A stretch of 64,000 nt of DNA from Paraspadella gotoi. Taxonomy: Eukaryota; Animalia; Chaetognatha. The first letter of the stretch is position 1. Every line of letters begins with the position of its first letter. The stretch lies in the NCBI GenBank assembly GCA_051294375.1, contig CM119269.1:20130814-20194813 (forward strand). The letters are read 5' to 3'. The notes under the pieces are model-generated. The model worked only from the letters and a program-made list of their open reading frames with translations, was not told the origin of the DNA and made no database searches. The translations under genes and the position numbers were made by a program. Positions 1 through 15,156 of the stretch are shown here, one piece after another.

Positions 1-2870
1 CTCGTTTTATGGCGCCGAATGAGATTTTCGTTCAAGGAAGGTGGAGAGCCATTGCATTTGATCGAGCTCGCTCGGTCGTCCTCTATAAACCGGTAATACT
101 TTCAATCTCAGGTCGATCGAAAAAAACAGTAACTTCAGCATCGAACCCAGACGACAGAACCAGTATGTAGTGTCGGAGCAACGCGGACCGGGTCGTGACT
201 CGTTCGTGATCATGCCACGAGAGGAAGACTGGCGTTTTATAAAATTTTATTAGTTGTTCCAATTTCATTAGTTAGGGTAAATAAGCTTTTTTTCTGCGAG
301 AGATACTTTGTGGCTTCTTCCTGTCTTTTACTTTAATCAATTAAAAAATCCTTTTTCGAGGTAAGAGCATGAATTCTGAGAAACTGAAAACATGCGACTT
401 AATTTGACATAGAATACTGAAGCCTAAGCATGCACCTTCATTCCAAAACGGAATTTTATTTTTGAATTAATTGAGAGAAAAACTTCTACTTTTTTCCGGC
501 GACAATTTTACCTTAAAACAGTTTTTTGGTCGAATTACGAAACATGAAATGCCAATTGTATTTTTTTTTACGGATGATATTTTTCTTATATCTTTTTTTT
601 TTTTTAATTTATTGTGTTCTCCTTTGAGAAATTTAACCCCAAGCCTAATTGTTTCCATTTTCTTTTAAAAAAAGGTTACTCGTCATTTTAATCGACAATT
701 TAAATTAGAATTAAGAAACCTTCTTCAATTGTCCTCTCGCTTTCTCTCTTTCTCTCTCTTTCTCTCCTGTTCCGTTTACCTAACTCTCTCTCGGAATTTT
801 TAAATCTAACGATGACACGAAACTGTTATTTTTTCTTAGTGTCCACATTTGTACAAAGATATAAGCAGAACAGTTCTTAATTTAAACGTTGAATCGACGA
901 AGCAAGTATTCAATTTCTACTGTGAAGTTTCTTTTATCTTTTACGCCCGTAAATTATAACGTTGAAGCGTCGCCGTTCAAATATCTCTAGTGAGATTAAC
1001 GAAGTAAAACGAATAATCCAGAGTTTTAAGAAGTAATTTTTGTCGAGTTTAATAATGTACAAATAAAACTATAAACTCATAATTATTCGTTTTGAGAAGT
1101 ATTTTACGTTGTTTAATAATGTACAAATAAAACTATAAACTCATAATCGTTTCGTTACTTCTTCACGTTGAAATATTTGAACGGGCGACCGCTTCAACGT
1201 TAGAATTAGGGCGTGAAGAAAGAAACTTCACAAAACTCGTTTTTCAGGTTTTCGTTTTAGAAAAGTCATTTGAACTTGATAATATTAAAAAAGAATAAAG
1301 AGAAAGAGAAAATGACTTAACAAAAGATCACTCTTTTTTAAATTGGGAGGAATATTTAATAAGTAGACAATGAAACGAAAAACAATTTTTTACAGACGCA
1401 AATTTAAAAAAAAAAAACAAAAAACGGTAATTCCAAATGTGGTTTTGCGCCGCAGCCTTCTCACGATATATTTATCGTGATATGACATGACGGAATGACT
1501 ACAATAACTTTTTAGCCTTGTGTATTATTTTAGGATTTTCTGTAGGCGATGCAAGCAGTCACTTAGATTTGAGGTTTTTTTCCTGAACTTAAAAACAAAT
1601 GAACATCCAACTCGAGGCAAATTATAAGCGTTTTTCACATAAGTGGAATAGACCGAAGGACAGACGTACCGACGGACGGAGCGACAGACCGAAAACTGAC
1701 TTATAGAGTTTGCTCCGCGAGTACTCGAATGGATTCGACCTTGGGCAAACCAAAGTTCCCGGACGCAATGAAATCAATTTAATTTATTTGTAATTAGGTA
1801 AGAAACCTGTCTTTCTTTTCCAAATGGCGATCCGGGAATAACTCGTTTGTCAGGTTTACCTATATGACTTTAATCATTTGTGCTTTCCTTTTTTTTAAAT
1901 CTTAATTTCTTAATTGTAATAATACGATTATTTTACCCGTTTTTTGTCGTTTTCTTCTTGGAGGAAGGTAGGAGCCAAATTTCACGTTTTTTTTTTTCCA
2001 CTGTGCTGCGCAGCGAGATTTGCCTTTAAGACTGCGAACGTTTAAAAACCTTTGATTATTTACCTCCCACTGTGCATTAAATTTTTAAAAAAAAGGGAAA
2101 CAATGGCGGTTGTGACGGACACAGTGATATTTTACGTGAGGGTCGATCGTGAGATGATGAAGAACGTTAAAGACATCGAAGATCCGATTTGAGAAAATTC
2201 GACGCGAAATGTTCATGATGGAAAAACAACGACGACGACGACGACTTTAATAAAAAAACCATTGACTCTCGGTGGAGGGTTGTCCGGCCCTCGCCATGAT
2301 TGTGTATCATCTCAAGGTACGGTTAAGGTTAATAAGAGATGAATAAAAAAAAAAAGAGCGAGGACCTTTATTTTAATTTTGTGACACTTTTTTGTTTCAT
2401 TCATTTCATTCATTCGAACCAATAGTATACTAGCTCAATTATTGAAAGTTGTACTTGTAACTAAAACAAGATCCCGGTTCATCTAATGTGTTGCGCCGCA
2501 TTGACTTGCATTTCTCGTGAAATGACATGACTTGACACTACATGACATGAATACAGGATTACAAACACTTTCTTAACCGCGATTATTTGACATTGCACTG
2601 CATCGGAATTCCGTTTATAGTTTTAGGATTTCCTGAGGGAAAGCGCTAGCAGCCTAGGATTTGATGTTGTCTTAACAAATGAGCAACTAACTATAGGCGA
2701 ATTATGTGCATTTTGAACGTAAGTGGGGACAGACAGACCGATCGACCGACAGATCGACCGAAAATTGACTTATAATGTTAATGGCGAGTAATGGCGGCGC
2801 AACTAAAATACAAGTAAGGATTTTCGACAATATTTCGTCGATACAGAATGGAGGCAACGCAAAACCATAT
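1..2870 (+). repeat. Indel-rich duplicate of 13699-~16550 (upstream region, exon 1 and start of exon 2 of the spermine synthase-like gene)
   Basis: Colinear with 13699 onward (ctcgttttatgg... at both starts). Differences are mostly 1-nt indels, which frameshift the exon 1 copy at 2103-2316. The block ends near a 25-N gap (2890-2914). Confidence 0.9.
921..1232. mobile_element. MITE-like element with long terminal inverted repeats and internal tandem repeats (duplicate copy)
   Basis: Left arm tgtgaagtttc...gaagcgtcgccgttcaaatat is the reverse complement of right arm atatttgaacgggcgac..cttcaacg...gaaacttcaca. Internal ~60-bp tandem unit gtttaataatgtacaaataaaactataaactcataat. Confidence 0.6.
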
Positions 2871-5439
2871 CTCTCTCTTTTTTTTTTTTNNNNNNNNNNN
2901 NNNNNNNNNNNNNNCCATTCAAAATTTCGGTATTTAAACATTAGGTTAATTTATTTCTTCTTGTGCCTTGCAAATTTCAATAAAAAAAAAATATAAAGAT
3001 TTGTCATAACTCATAACGCAGTTCTTGAATTTTCTTTATCACTCCATGTTTGATTTTTTTTCCCTTTTGATAGCCAAGGGAACAGCATTATGAATTTATG
3101 ACATTTAGTTGTATTTTAGTTCAGTTTATTTATTATTGTTTTCATAACTGCCCTTGACTAGAATTTCTTTTTAAAACCTCTCGGATAAATAAAAAAAACA
3201 TCAAAAAATTCCAAAAATTCTGAACTCCAGCACCACAGCATTGGAAAGTTCAAAACTTTAGTTTCACCCATTCTGTAGCGGCGTGAGGGCCTCTTCTCAG
3301 GACACGTAATACAGAAGTGTCTTCATTATTGAGACGCAATTTAAGCTGGTTTTTTTCGGGAGGGAGTTTCAACGAATTGGAGGGGATAAGGACAATGGCG
3401 AATTCAGATATTCAATGGAGTATTCAGTAGAGAGAGAGCAGAGAGCCGAAGGGAGAGAGTGGAGAGAAGAGAGAGACTCTCTTGTTTCTGATGCACGTGT
3501 AAATTTCCCATCTTTGCTAAATATTTCCTTTCGTTCGTTGCCGAACATTAGTGCGAAAGTTTAAGTAAATATTAAGACAACTTTCAAAAGAATACGTACA
3601 TAAGCAAATCAAAATCAATCTACTCCAAACTATATACTTTCTTATTATTAACATTAGTGAATATATCCTAAGAAATATTAAAAAATAATGAAGTTATTGA
3701 TAAAAAACTAATCAATTGTTTTTTAAAAATAGAAGAAAAAAAACACTAATAGCAGTATTCGTTTTTTTAGCGTAAAACTTATGTTATTTCAATTATGTTT
3801 TCAACGCTTATTTTTTTTTTTACCAAATGGATTGTCTAGACTGCTTCCTTCAAAATAGAAGAGGACGAGCAAAAAGGTTAGAAAAGTTGGAAAAGAATAA
3901 TCGAAATCTCATTAATTTAATTTGTTTTTGACTGAAATTTCGAAGATGAGATCTTAACTTTTACGCCATCTCCTCATTTACGATTACTTTTTTAGTCTTA
4001 ACGATAAAACTATTCGTGCAGACTGTCGAAGCTCAAAGCCGTTGCAAATCATTCTCATTCTTTGAAGGGTCGTATGAACTATCACAAAAAAAAACAAAAT
4101 TCTCTAAGAATATCATCAACAATGTATCATGCTTAAATATCATGTTTTCTGTTAGGCGACAATTTCCACCCCAAAAAAATCGTGTGAATTGAAAAATGTG
4201 TAGTTGTGTTTTTAGGAAAATCACAAAAGTATAGATACTGGGCAAATAATTACAAATATTGAAATAATTAGCATAAGTTAATAATTCTTACTCAAGAATG
4301 CTGTTATATGGCGTGATAAAGACGAGGAGAAGTGAAAATGTTTCAGTATTTGAAAGATTCTATCTTTATTTCTTTTTTTTTACGTAAAGTAAGATTTTTT
4401 AAACGCCATATTTCGCATGGTCAACTCTTATACTATGGACATAACAAAATTACATAACAAAAGTTATATCCATAGAGGATATTTCAACTTTACTTATTTA
4501 TATTCTTTAAAAAATACTGTAAATTTATGCTCCGCCGGCGCGAGATAAAACTTATTTCTGGCTGTGACGACACGATAATACAGGAATCAATACTATAATG
4601 CCTAAACTTTAGCACGAGAAAATTAAAATTAAAATTGAACTTCAATCTATAGGTAAACCTTACAACTGCGCAAAATATGGAAATTCAGTGGGCTGGCTGT
4701 GATTGTTATAAAACCCCCACCCTCACCCCTTTAAAAATTAACTTTTTAAAAAGTTGAGCAAATAAGAGCGACTACCCATAGGCGCTTTGGCTTGGATGAG
4801 AACGGGAAATCCTGGACGAGCAAGACAAGGAAGACAATAAATGTTTTGGATATGTCTTTTTTTTGTTTTCGTTTTTGTCAGTTGGGACGAGGATTTTGTC
4901 GCCTATCGGAGCCCTCCACGCGGAACTAGGAGGTATGCACACACGGTGTATGGCGGTTTAAGGCTCGCACGCGGCGGTAAGGTTTAAAACAGCAAACCAC
5001 AACAACAATGACAACAATACAAGGAACGATAAAACGGAGCAAAACACAGACAAACAAAAAACACATCACGATGGGGGTCAAGAGCAGGAAGTCAACGAAA
5101 AAAAAAAGAGCAAACCAAAAAAGATTAACTGGGCCAAAAATCAATTTCTTTAGAGGAAATTAGGGTTGTGGATTTGAAGTTAATTAAAGTATTAAGGATG
5201 TGTTATCGCGTCGTTTGTCTTATCAATTTATTAGTCGTAACTGGGTCTGTCATGTCTCTCCCTCTTTTATTTTTTCTTCACTGTTTTTTCTTAAACTGTC
5301 TCAAATATAAGTTTTATTCTCTTCTCTTTCTTTCTTCTTTTTTTTTATCTTAAATTTTCTACTTTTTTACTTTTTTACCTTTTTCTCTTTTATTTGATTT
5401 TTTTAGCGAATCCCATACCTATTTAACAATAGGCATAAA

Positions 5440-5476
<37 letters not shown>

Positions 5477-5516
5477 CTCTCTCTCTCTCTCCTCCTTCTC
5501 CCGTCCCTTTCTCTTT

Positions 5517-5567
<51 letters not shown>

Positions 5568-7156
5568 AGATGACCTGTTTAATTAACTCGAAGAAACACA
5601 GAAAGATCCCGAGACTTGAACTTTTAATCGAGCCTTAATCACGGCCGCATCAGTCGGACTATCCAGAGCCCGCGCAGTTCCAAAGGCCGTTAACTTCTCG
5701 CCGACTCGCGAATCTGAACTGACCCTTTCTACCAAACCTTCTCGATTTCTCTCCGACTCTTCGATCTGCTGCCCCTTCCCCACATCCCCAACTTTTTCTG
5801 CAATAAATTTACAGAAGTCAAACAAACCTACCAAGTTGCTATAAACACAACCGCTGCTAATTTTTTAACTTTGGAGATATTTTGTCCTGATTCTCTTTTT
5901 TTTTTTAACGTAAACAGTGGATCGCGTGATAGAAAGCACCCTGCGATCGACATTCCACTGACTGCGTCGTTATATGACGAAATCCGTTTATGATGGTCAT
6001 TTTTCTTTTTTAATCAGATATGGAAAAACGATCCTGTCCGTTATAAATAATATAATATTATTTACACTATTTATATCAAGTTTTCTATGGGTTCTATAAA
6101 ATGTATAGATAGTTATTTCAACGTTTTTGAACATTCAATAAGCAGAAAAATCTGTGAGTAGAGGATCTGAAATAGAAACACAGATCCCAAATTACCCTTA
6201 AGTGTATTCAAGGAAAAATTGCATTGGTAAAAAAAAAAAATTCAAAATCATTTAAAACTATTTGAAATTAAAATATTAAATGTTCAGGATCCAACTCGAA
6301 ATGCTGATGAATGTTTTTTAATAAAAACGTTCAAAATATCCAACTGTAATGAATTACAAATGCAAGCAGCGGGGAAATGGCGGGCCGATCGAAGCCAGAA
6401 CATCCCGTCCTCTCGGTTTTCCCACCGCAGGGCGCCAAAAGAACGGATATTTCGAGCCCGGCAGCAATTTAGTTTAATTATTTTTTAACATCTCTTCTCT
6501 CTCTCTCTCTCTTTAACCCCCCCCCCCTCTTCTCTCTCTTCTCTTCAGTTTAGTTTTATTACTGTTTTTCTCTCTCTTTTAAATTAGTATTTTTTTAAAA
6601 AAAAATTATCTTTCATTTAATTTTATTACAGTTCTTTTTTTTTAGTTTTAGTAAAGTTTTGTTTGAATATGGTCTTATTAGTGTAAAAACTCCTAGGTTC
6701 TTTTACTTCTGTAACCTTTACCTTTGATCTCTTATTTACATTTGTAATAAACTTCTAGTATATATTGATTTTTTTCATTTTTTCATTTTTTACTTTCTTT
6801 CTTTTCTTTCTTTCTTTCTTTTCTTTTTCTTTCTTTCTTTTCTTTCTTTCTTCTTTTCTTTCTTTCTTTCTTCTTTCTTTCTTTCTTTCTACGTAAATCT
6901 TTTTTTTCCTCTTTTTTATTAATTTTTCTTTTTATCTTTCTTTCTTTCTTTTTCCAAGCCCGACGACAGGCTTACCACAAACCATACGTTTAAGTCAAGT
7001 TTTAGTCCAAAGAGCCATCTTGGTGAAGTAGGAAAGTTTCAAAGTCATAATTTAAAACTTGGAAAAATTTATATCACAAATTCACCCGCATTCCAACTAT
7101 GAATGCTTTTTCTTTCATACTATGTTTGTTAATCTATATTATGCCATAATGTTTAC

Positions 7157-8413
7157 CTCTTGTTTCAGCTCCCCAAATAAGCTGAGATTCACGTTGGCCT
7201 TTCGCCCGTCGATGATGGGGTTGGATCGCGGCAGGCGCGTTCTGCGCCTTGAGTCGTCGCCATGGTCACTGGAAAGCAGAGGTCGTCGATGGATTAATTA
7301 ATAGGTGGAGTGATTGAAAAGATTGAGTGATTACATTATTTTTTGCTGCCTATGGGACATATAATAATGGAATTTTAAATCCTTTTTAAAAAATTTTATT
7401 TAGCTAACAGTATAGCAAATTCAAATTATTTATATTCAGTAATATCCTTATAAAATCATCAAAATTTCAAATAATTTTTTTTTTTATTTTTAAGAACTAT
7501 TTGGATCGCTATGTAAAAAACTTAAGAAAACTTTATTAAAATAGTTATATGATTTTTAATGTTTAGATCACAAAAAAATGACTTAAAACGTTTTTTAAAA
7601 TATATAAGTTTCTTACTACAGAAAATAAAAAAAGTCAGGAATTTTTCACCTTTTTCCTTATTTCAAACATTGAAGATGACCAGAATTTTTATACATTGTT
7701 TTATATTTTGATTTCCAACTTTTATAAAGAATCTGAATCTTTAATAAAAATTTGTTTAAAATTATTTTTTAAAATTTACTATTTTTATAAGGATATTACG
7801 GACAAATATATAATATTTTACTATTCTATTCCCGAGATAATATGAGCCAAAATATTTTTCTGTACTATTTAATCATACTATTCGCATCTAAATATCATTG
7901 TTCGATCATTGTCAAATAAATTTTTTGTTCTTGATGTGCTCCACTCTATTAATAAATCATGAATTGATTGATTGATCGAGAAAGTTCGTATCACTCGGCT
8001 CATAAAAAGCATTTTTTTTCCATTCCAAACAATACACCCCTGTCACAAAGCGACTTTCAGCCAGAATGGCGGATGGACAGTTCGCTACGGCCAGCAAAGC
8101 CACCCAAAGAAAAAACAATGGACAAAATAATGGAATAGGGCAATGGAAACTTGGAAAGGATTAACTCTTCGAAAAAAGAAACAAAAGATTCGAATACGAA
8201 AACAACAACTAGATACAAGGCAAACCCAGAAACGAAAGCCAAACCCTAACTCACGAATTTCCGTATCCCCGGGATTGCCAGTCTGTCTGTCCGTAATGAC
8301 GACGGCTTCCTCTATGTCCCGAACTGCTCGAAAGAAATCGCCCAGGCTTTTGTCCGCTCGTGTGGTAAGGGAGACCCCCGACGAAGATCTTGGTGAGGTG
8401 TGTCTTTCTGCAT
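7157..8413 (-). CDS. RBM24: RBM24/RBM38 (SUP-12) family RRM RNA-binding protein, RRM exons 8255-8413 and 7157-7268; downstream exons not resolved
   Basis: Across small indels it reads MQKDT.LTKIFVGGLPYHT..KSLGDFF...DIEEAVVITDRQTG..RGYG.F | VTMATTQGAERACRD.NPIIDGRKANVNL.YLG, matching the RBM24/38 RRM. Donors gtgagt (8254) and gtaaac (7156). Frameshifts are probably sequence errors. Confidence 0.9.
7430..7810. repeat. AT-rich inverted-repeat element within the RBM24 intron
   Basis: taatatccttataaaa (~7440-7455) and ttttataaggatatta (~7783-7798) are reverse complements. Confidence 0.4.
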
Positions 8414-9735
8414 GATGGAACAGTGGTGGAGGACAGTGGCGTTGGATGCGATGCTGAGGCCGGTGATGCGATGGAGGAGATGGGCGGCAGTTGGTGATGA
8501 AGGCGTTGTCGACCTTCAACGTATTCTGATAATTTTTCCCTTCTTTTTTTTTTCTCCCTGACAAGATTCCTATTGGGTTTTCCGAAGTTTTTTTTTCTTT
8601 TTTTTCTAAAGGCGCTAAATTTTTTTATTTTGTTTACTTTTTACCGCGTTGTTTTAGGTTGCCGACCGGTAAAGGTAAACAAACGAGATTCGAAAGCGCG
8701 GACGAGAGAGAGTGACGGGGCGTATGAGGAAAGAGAGGGGAGATTGCAGATCACTTGTAGAAGTCTCCGCTAGTACTTTCGTTTTTGTTTTTTGTCTAAT
8801 TGATTTTTTTTGTTTTTTTTAATAATAAAAAAATGGAATAAAATTGTCGAAAAAGAAAGAAAATGGACCGAACATAGGAAAAAAAAAATAACAAATAAAA
8901 ATTCCACGGACGCGAGTTTTTTAATTAAGGTGGAGATTCTTAAATGAAACGCAAAATTAATAAATTCTAATTAAATTAAAACTTAAAAAGGATGAATTCG
9001 ATTGGTCCAAAAACCAAAAATGTAATGAATTCTGCGAGGCGTACGAATTAAAATAATATGCGTAATCATCGAGATTGGGAAGAGCACGAGAGAGAGAGAG
9101 AGATAGAGATAGAGAGAGAGAAGAGAGAGAGAGAGGAGAGAGAAGAGAGAAGAGAGACGGAGGAAGAGAGAGTGAGAGGGAAGAGGAGAGAGAGAGAGAG
9201 GCGAAAGTTGGTCATGATAGAGCGAAGAAGATGGGGAGAAACAGTCGGAGGCAAGATAAATAGAAAGGTGGGTGAGAGGTAGGAGAGAGAAGAGAAGCGA
9301 GAGAGAGAGAGAGAGAGAGAAGAGAGACGAGGAGAGAGAATCGACTCCTCCAGATAGAACAGCAGCCACCACGAGGATATTGAATGCGTTCATGGTTGAA
9401 TTTGAGGAGAAGGATGAAAGAGGAGGATGAGGAGAGGAATGAAAGAATGAGGAGGAAGAGGAAGTCTCGGTGAGTTGGCTTCCTTGGGGAGGGAAGTTGA
9501 TTATGGTGGAAGAGGAAACCCGGTGTGAGGTCGATGAGGAAATGAGGCGTCGTTGAAAAAATATGGAGATGGAAGAGGAAAATTTGAATGGCAGCTTCGA
9601 AAATAGGCGGAGTGATTGAGGAGAGGAAGCGTGGAGAAAAAGAGACGGACAGACAGATATTCGGAGGAGATGGATGAGTTTTATAGCAATGAGGCGGATA
9701 TGAAGCCCCCTACCCCGGCATTTTTTTTTATCCTG

Positions 9736-9771
<36 letters not shown>

Positions 9772-9868
9772 ACTCTCTCTCTCTCTCTTTTCTCCCTTCT
9801 GCCTCTCTCTCTTACCCTCTCTCTCTCTCTCTCTCTCCACTCCTCTCTACTCCTCTCTCTTCTCTCAC

Positions 9869-9904
<36 letters not shown>

Positions 9905-10960
9905 CCCCGCTCCGTTTCGCTTTAATTTTATCTTAGCAAAGAAAAAAAAAGAAAAACAAGATTTGATTTTTCAGATGCAGGCGTTGAAGTTTGACTGATT
10001 CTCATTATAGAAATTTTTCTGCAAACGATCGATTTGCCCGGAGGTCGTTCTCTTTCACCTTTTGAGATTTTTATGAATGATAGAATATATTTATATCTCT
10101 GACTCTCTCTCTCTCAGCTTGTTCCTAATTCAAGCGACCAAAATCATAGTTGTATTGAATCTGGATTTTAATCGAAGTCCTTCAGACAAAAGGGCAGCGT
10201 TTCGATCGCCTCACAAAGGAACTTTCCTCGTCGCTTGATCAAGCTCAATCCAGTATTGTCGGCCGCGGCGGCGGCAGCAGCAGCAGCGGATGGGTTTCCT
10301 TATTCTTTTTATTTTCTTTTCACATCTCCTTGNNNNNNNNNNTTTCCCGAAATTAGTATAGAACGGTGAGTAAAAAGTTCTCCAGAAGCAAAATCATCGG
10401 AATTCGAAAAAACCAAAATAAATCGGCGAGATATTTTTTTTTTTAAATTCATTCTGTCGATTTTCGAAGAGTTTCCTTTCACCAACAAAGCGAAGGTTTC
10501 ATCGACAATCATTTCTTGGTTTCTTTCTCGTCGCGAGTTTGATTCAAATTTTAAATTTCACGTTAACGTTTTGTCCCGGTTTCTTTGTATTTCTCTGCCG
10601 CCTCGAATTTGAAAGAGAAAAAAAGAGAAAAATATCTTTAGACTGTAAAAATTATCGAGGCAACAAAGAAAAAAGTCCGAAGTCGGCGGGGAAGCATCGC
10701 TCTCTCTCTCTCTCTNNNNNNNNNNNNNNNNNNNNNNNNNNNNNNNNNNNNNNNNNNNNNNNNNNNNNNNNNNNNNNNNNNNNNNNNNNNNNNNNNNNNN
10801 NNNNNNNNNNNNNNNNNNNNNNNNNNNNNNNNNNNNNNNNNNNNNNNNNNNNNNNNNNNNNNNNNNNNNNNNNNNNNNNNNNNNNNNNNNNNNNNNNNNN
10901 NNNNNNNNNNNNNNNNNNNNNNNNNNNNNNNNNNNNNNNNNNNNNNNNNNNNNNNNNNNN

Positions 10961-10998
<38 letters not shown>

Positions 10999-12067
10999 CG
11001 TTTAATAGCGTAATGAAAGTGATGATGCGTGCGTGAATGCCGTGAAACAAAGAAGGCTTCTCTCTCCTCGATATCGACAGTCACAATGGGATTCTGCTGT
11101 CGGTGAGAGGACCAGCTGTTTTCCTGGACGCTGGTTCGAGTTACGGTCGAGTTGCGTGACGGAATGACGTGGGAGTGACGGAGTGACGGAGTGACGGAGA
11201 CGCAAAAAGAGAGTTTCGAGGGTTTTGGACCTGACGGGGCGGGGAAAACCTTTGGCTCGAGGAGAAACGCACGTTTGAAGGGATTTGGGTTTACCATTTA
11301 ACGGGATATACAATTGAATTGTGGGACCATATCGATCAACGAAATGTCTTTGTGAAATGTTTTATAATAAACATTAAAACGCGATTCAATCAACAAAAAT
11401 TAAGCTTAAAAGTTAGTCAAAGAGATATTAATAAATGAAAATTCTGTTGACTGAGAATTAGAGGTTTAGATACGTAAGTAGAGCATGAAATTGAATTGAT
11501 CGACCAGTTAATCGACTTTTAACTAAAAACAATAGATTTTAGAGCAATCTTGAGAATTTTTATAGCATACAACTAACTTTTATTTAATGCCTGATTTTCA
11601 CAACTTTGTCTCCTTAAAATGACACTTATTTTTCCTCTACTTAGATAGTACTGTACATAGATTAATCAGGAATTTAAAGTGTGTGTTCAATAACTGACAT
11701 TTAATCTTCTTCAAATACTTAAAAAAGCGTTTTGTACCCAATATTTATAAATTATAATATATAATTATATAATTTTCTTCATTAATATTATTTATCATCG
11801 ATTTCGCTAAGCCTTCCTTTCTGCTTGCAATTCTTTCCCGAATTTCCTTCGCTTTTCGTCATGACGTTTGTACGTCCAAATCACTATGTCCGTCTCCCCG
11901 CAGTATAATCTCAGTCGCTGCCCTCTCGATGACTTCGGTCTCTCGTGATAACGTCTGTCTCACCTCGCGATAACATCACTCGTCCGCACCTCAACCGACT
12001 TTCTCGCTCCAAAACTTATCTCCCCTCATCCTTTCCCGGTCGATTCTCCTTTCGGGAAGCGAAGGGA

Positions 12068-12120
<53 letters not shown>
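12068..12120. repeat. (TCG)n microsatellite
   Basis: Seen directly in the sequence. Confidence 0.95.
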
Positions 12121-12121
<1 letters not shown>

Positions 12122-12985
12122 TCGTTGTCGTTTTCAAATCTTTTCCTAAACGAACGTTTGTATCGTCATCGAAATTACTATGATTATTACTATTAATCTT
12201 ACTATTATGGTGAGCATTTTAGAAATGATCCTTCAGATTATCAAAATCAAGATCATCATGATAATTAATCAATGATCATCATAAAATTCATAATACAAAT
12301 TATCTGTTTTATCTTCTTCATAATCATCATCATCTACCAAAAAAAAACAAAAAAAAACATTAACAACAACAAAAACAACAATTTCCTTTAAAAAAAAAAA
12401 TTGTTGTTGGTTTCGACTTTCGACGAAGAAATCGAATCTTCATCCGAAACCAGAAAAGAAAAAAATCGTAGGTCCAATCTTTGGAGCGATTGAAGTTTTC
12501 GATGTAGAGATCAAGGGATCGAGCCCCTGTCCTTGATCTCTGGTTTCTAAAGGGAATCACACTCGGGTCAAAACGTTGTCAATCGTCTTTGAACTCAAAT
12601 ATAAATGCGAATAAAGGAGGAGGACGACAACAACTACAACAACAACAACGATCCGCGATCGAACCTCAAACATGCGTAACTGATTCGAACCCAAACAGTT
12701 TATTCCGTCGAAGGCATAAATCTCTTCTTTTTTTTTCCCCTTTTTTTTTTAAATTTAGAATTTTTCCTTTTTGCTCCTGTTGTTGTCGTTGTTGTCGTTG
12801 TTGTTATAATTGTGGGGGTCGGAGGGGAGGAAGGGTAGAGGATCGGGATCGCGATGAGTGAATAAGGGGCGAGTGGGGGAGGAAGGGAAGATGAGTGGAA
12901 GGGATAGTGGCGAAATGTGGGAAGAGGGAGAAAAGAGGAAAGAATCTCCTCGGTTTTGCATCACTTATATCAACAGCAGCGAACA

Positions 12986-13065
<80 letters not shown>

Positions 13066-14605
13066 TTTCATATTTTCGTCTTATTTTAATAGATTTAGGA
13101 GTTTAATTTATCGAATTTATTTAAATATTAATTTTTTTTTTTTAAATTTGGTACCATAATTTTTTTTCAAATTTTACAATTTTCCAAAATCAACCACAAT
13201 TAATCAAACAGTTAATCAGACTATTTTATTGCAAATCAGAGGAATACTGATAGGTCAGTAATTTAGTATTAATGTTAACTCAGTCAATTGTAGATACTAC
13301 GATATTGACATAACCCGAAATATAAAATCGTCTGCTCGACCTAAACATTCTGTAATGGACGATTTCTCGAGACCAGATGAGCGTCGAATTCGACCTTCGA
13401 ACGGACGACTCGCGATCGAGGGAGGCCTCGTGGACGAGCCACTGGCGACCGAGGGAGGGCTCCGAGAACTCGATCGCTCGATCGCCTCGAGCTCAAAACC
13501 CTTTTTTACTCATTTAAATTTCTGAAGAGTGGGGACCGAATGGGAAATTGGAAGATTAAAAAATCCGTAACTATCCATACGTAGCTACGTGCAATTACGT
13601 AGGTATAGGACCTATGGGTATATATGGAAAAGTTTAACTAGCGAAACTATGTATACATGTAGGTATGGTTAGAATATTTTAATTAGAGTCTGGTGAAACT
13701 CGTTTTATGGCCGAATGAGATTTTCGTTCAAGAAGGTGGAGAGCCATTGCATTGATCGAGCTCGCTCGGTCGTCCTCTATAAACCGGTAATACTTTCAAT
13801 CTCAGGTCGATCGAAAAAACAGTAACTTCAGCATCGACCCAGACGACAGAACCAGATGGAGATGTCGGAGCAACGCGACCGGGTCGTGACTCGTCGTGAT
13901 CATGCCACGAGAGAAGACTGAGCGTTTTATAAAATTTTATTAGTTGTTCCAATTTCATTAGTTAGGGTAAATAAGCTTTTTTTCTGCGAGAGATACTTTG
14001 TGGCTTCTTCCTGTCTTTTACTTTAATCAATTAAAAAATCCTTTTTCGAGGTAAGAGCAGAATTCGAGAAACTGAAAACATGCGACTTAATTTGACATAG
14101 AATACTGAAGCCTAAGCATGCCACCTTCATTCCAAAACGGAATTTTATTTTTGAATTAATTGAGAGAAAAACTTCTACTTTTTCCGGCGACAATTTTAAC
14201 CTAAAACAGTTTTTGGTCGAATTACGAAACATGAAATGCCAATTGTATTTTTTTTTACGATGATATTTTCTTATATCTTTTTTTTTTTTTTTAATTTATG
14301 TGTTCTCCCTTTGAGAAATTTAACCCCAAGCCTAATTGTTTCCATTTTCTTTTAAAAAAGGTTACTCGTCATTTTAATCGACAATTTAAATTAGAATTAA
14401 GAAACCTTCTTCAATTGTCCTCTCGCTTTCTCTCTTTCTCTCTCTTTCTCTCCTGTCCGTTTACCTAACTCTCTCTCGGAATTTTTAAATCTAACGATGA
14501 CACGAAACTGTATTTTTTCTAGTGTCCACATTTGTACAAAGATATAAGCAGAAACAGTTCTTAAATTTAAACGTTGAATCGACGAAGCAAGTATTCAATT
14601 TCTAC

Positions 14606-14967
14606 TGTGAAGTTTCTTTTATCTTTACGCCCGTAAATTATAACGCTTGAAGCGTCGCCCGTTCAAATATCTCTAGTGAGATTAACGAAGTAAAACGAAT
14701 AATCCAGAGTTTTAAGAAGTATTTTTGTCGAGTTTAATAATGTACAAATAAAACTATAAACNNNNNNNNNNTTTCGAGTTTAATAATGTAAAAATAAAAC
14801 TATAAACTCATAATTATTCGTTTTGAGAAGTATTTTACGCGTTTAATAATGTACAAATAAAGACTATAAACTCATAATCATTCGTTTTACTTCTCACGTT
14901 GAAATATTTGAACGGGCGACGCTTCAAACGTTAGAATTTAAGGGCGTGAAGATAAGGAAACTTCACA
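14606..14967. mobile_element. MITE-like element with terminal inverted repeats and an internal tandem array (contains a small gap)
   Basis: tgtgaagtttcttttatctttacgccc...gaagcgtcgcccgttcaaatat pairs with atatttgaacgggcgacgcttcaaacg...gggcgtgaagataaggaaacttcaca. Confidence 0.6.
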
Positions 14968-15156
14968 AAACTCGTTTTCAGGTTTTCGTTTTAGAAAAGT
15001 CATTGAACTTGATAATATTAAAAAGAATAAAGAGAAAGAGAAATGACTTAACAAAGATCACTCTTTTTAAATTGGGAGGAATATTTAATAAGTAGACAAT
15101 GAACGAAAACAATTTTTTACAGCGCAAATTTAAAAAAAAACAAAAACGGTAATTCA

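Noticed and set aside
7157-8413. RBM24 as a pseudogene
   Set aside because: Amino-acid conservation is very high and the lesions are 1-nt indels like those seen throughout poorly polished parts of this window.
8983-9936. Long ORFs (285 aa etc.) and a signal-peptide-like MNAFNILVVAAVL
   Set aside because: They arise from AG/CT microsatellites and purine-rich sequence, with no supported splice structure or homology.
13700-13970. Short ORFs on either strand (also at 7-268)
   Set aside because: No recognisable protein. It may be a TATA plus non-coding first exon of the SMS-like gene, but this cannot be supported from sequence alone.
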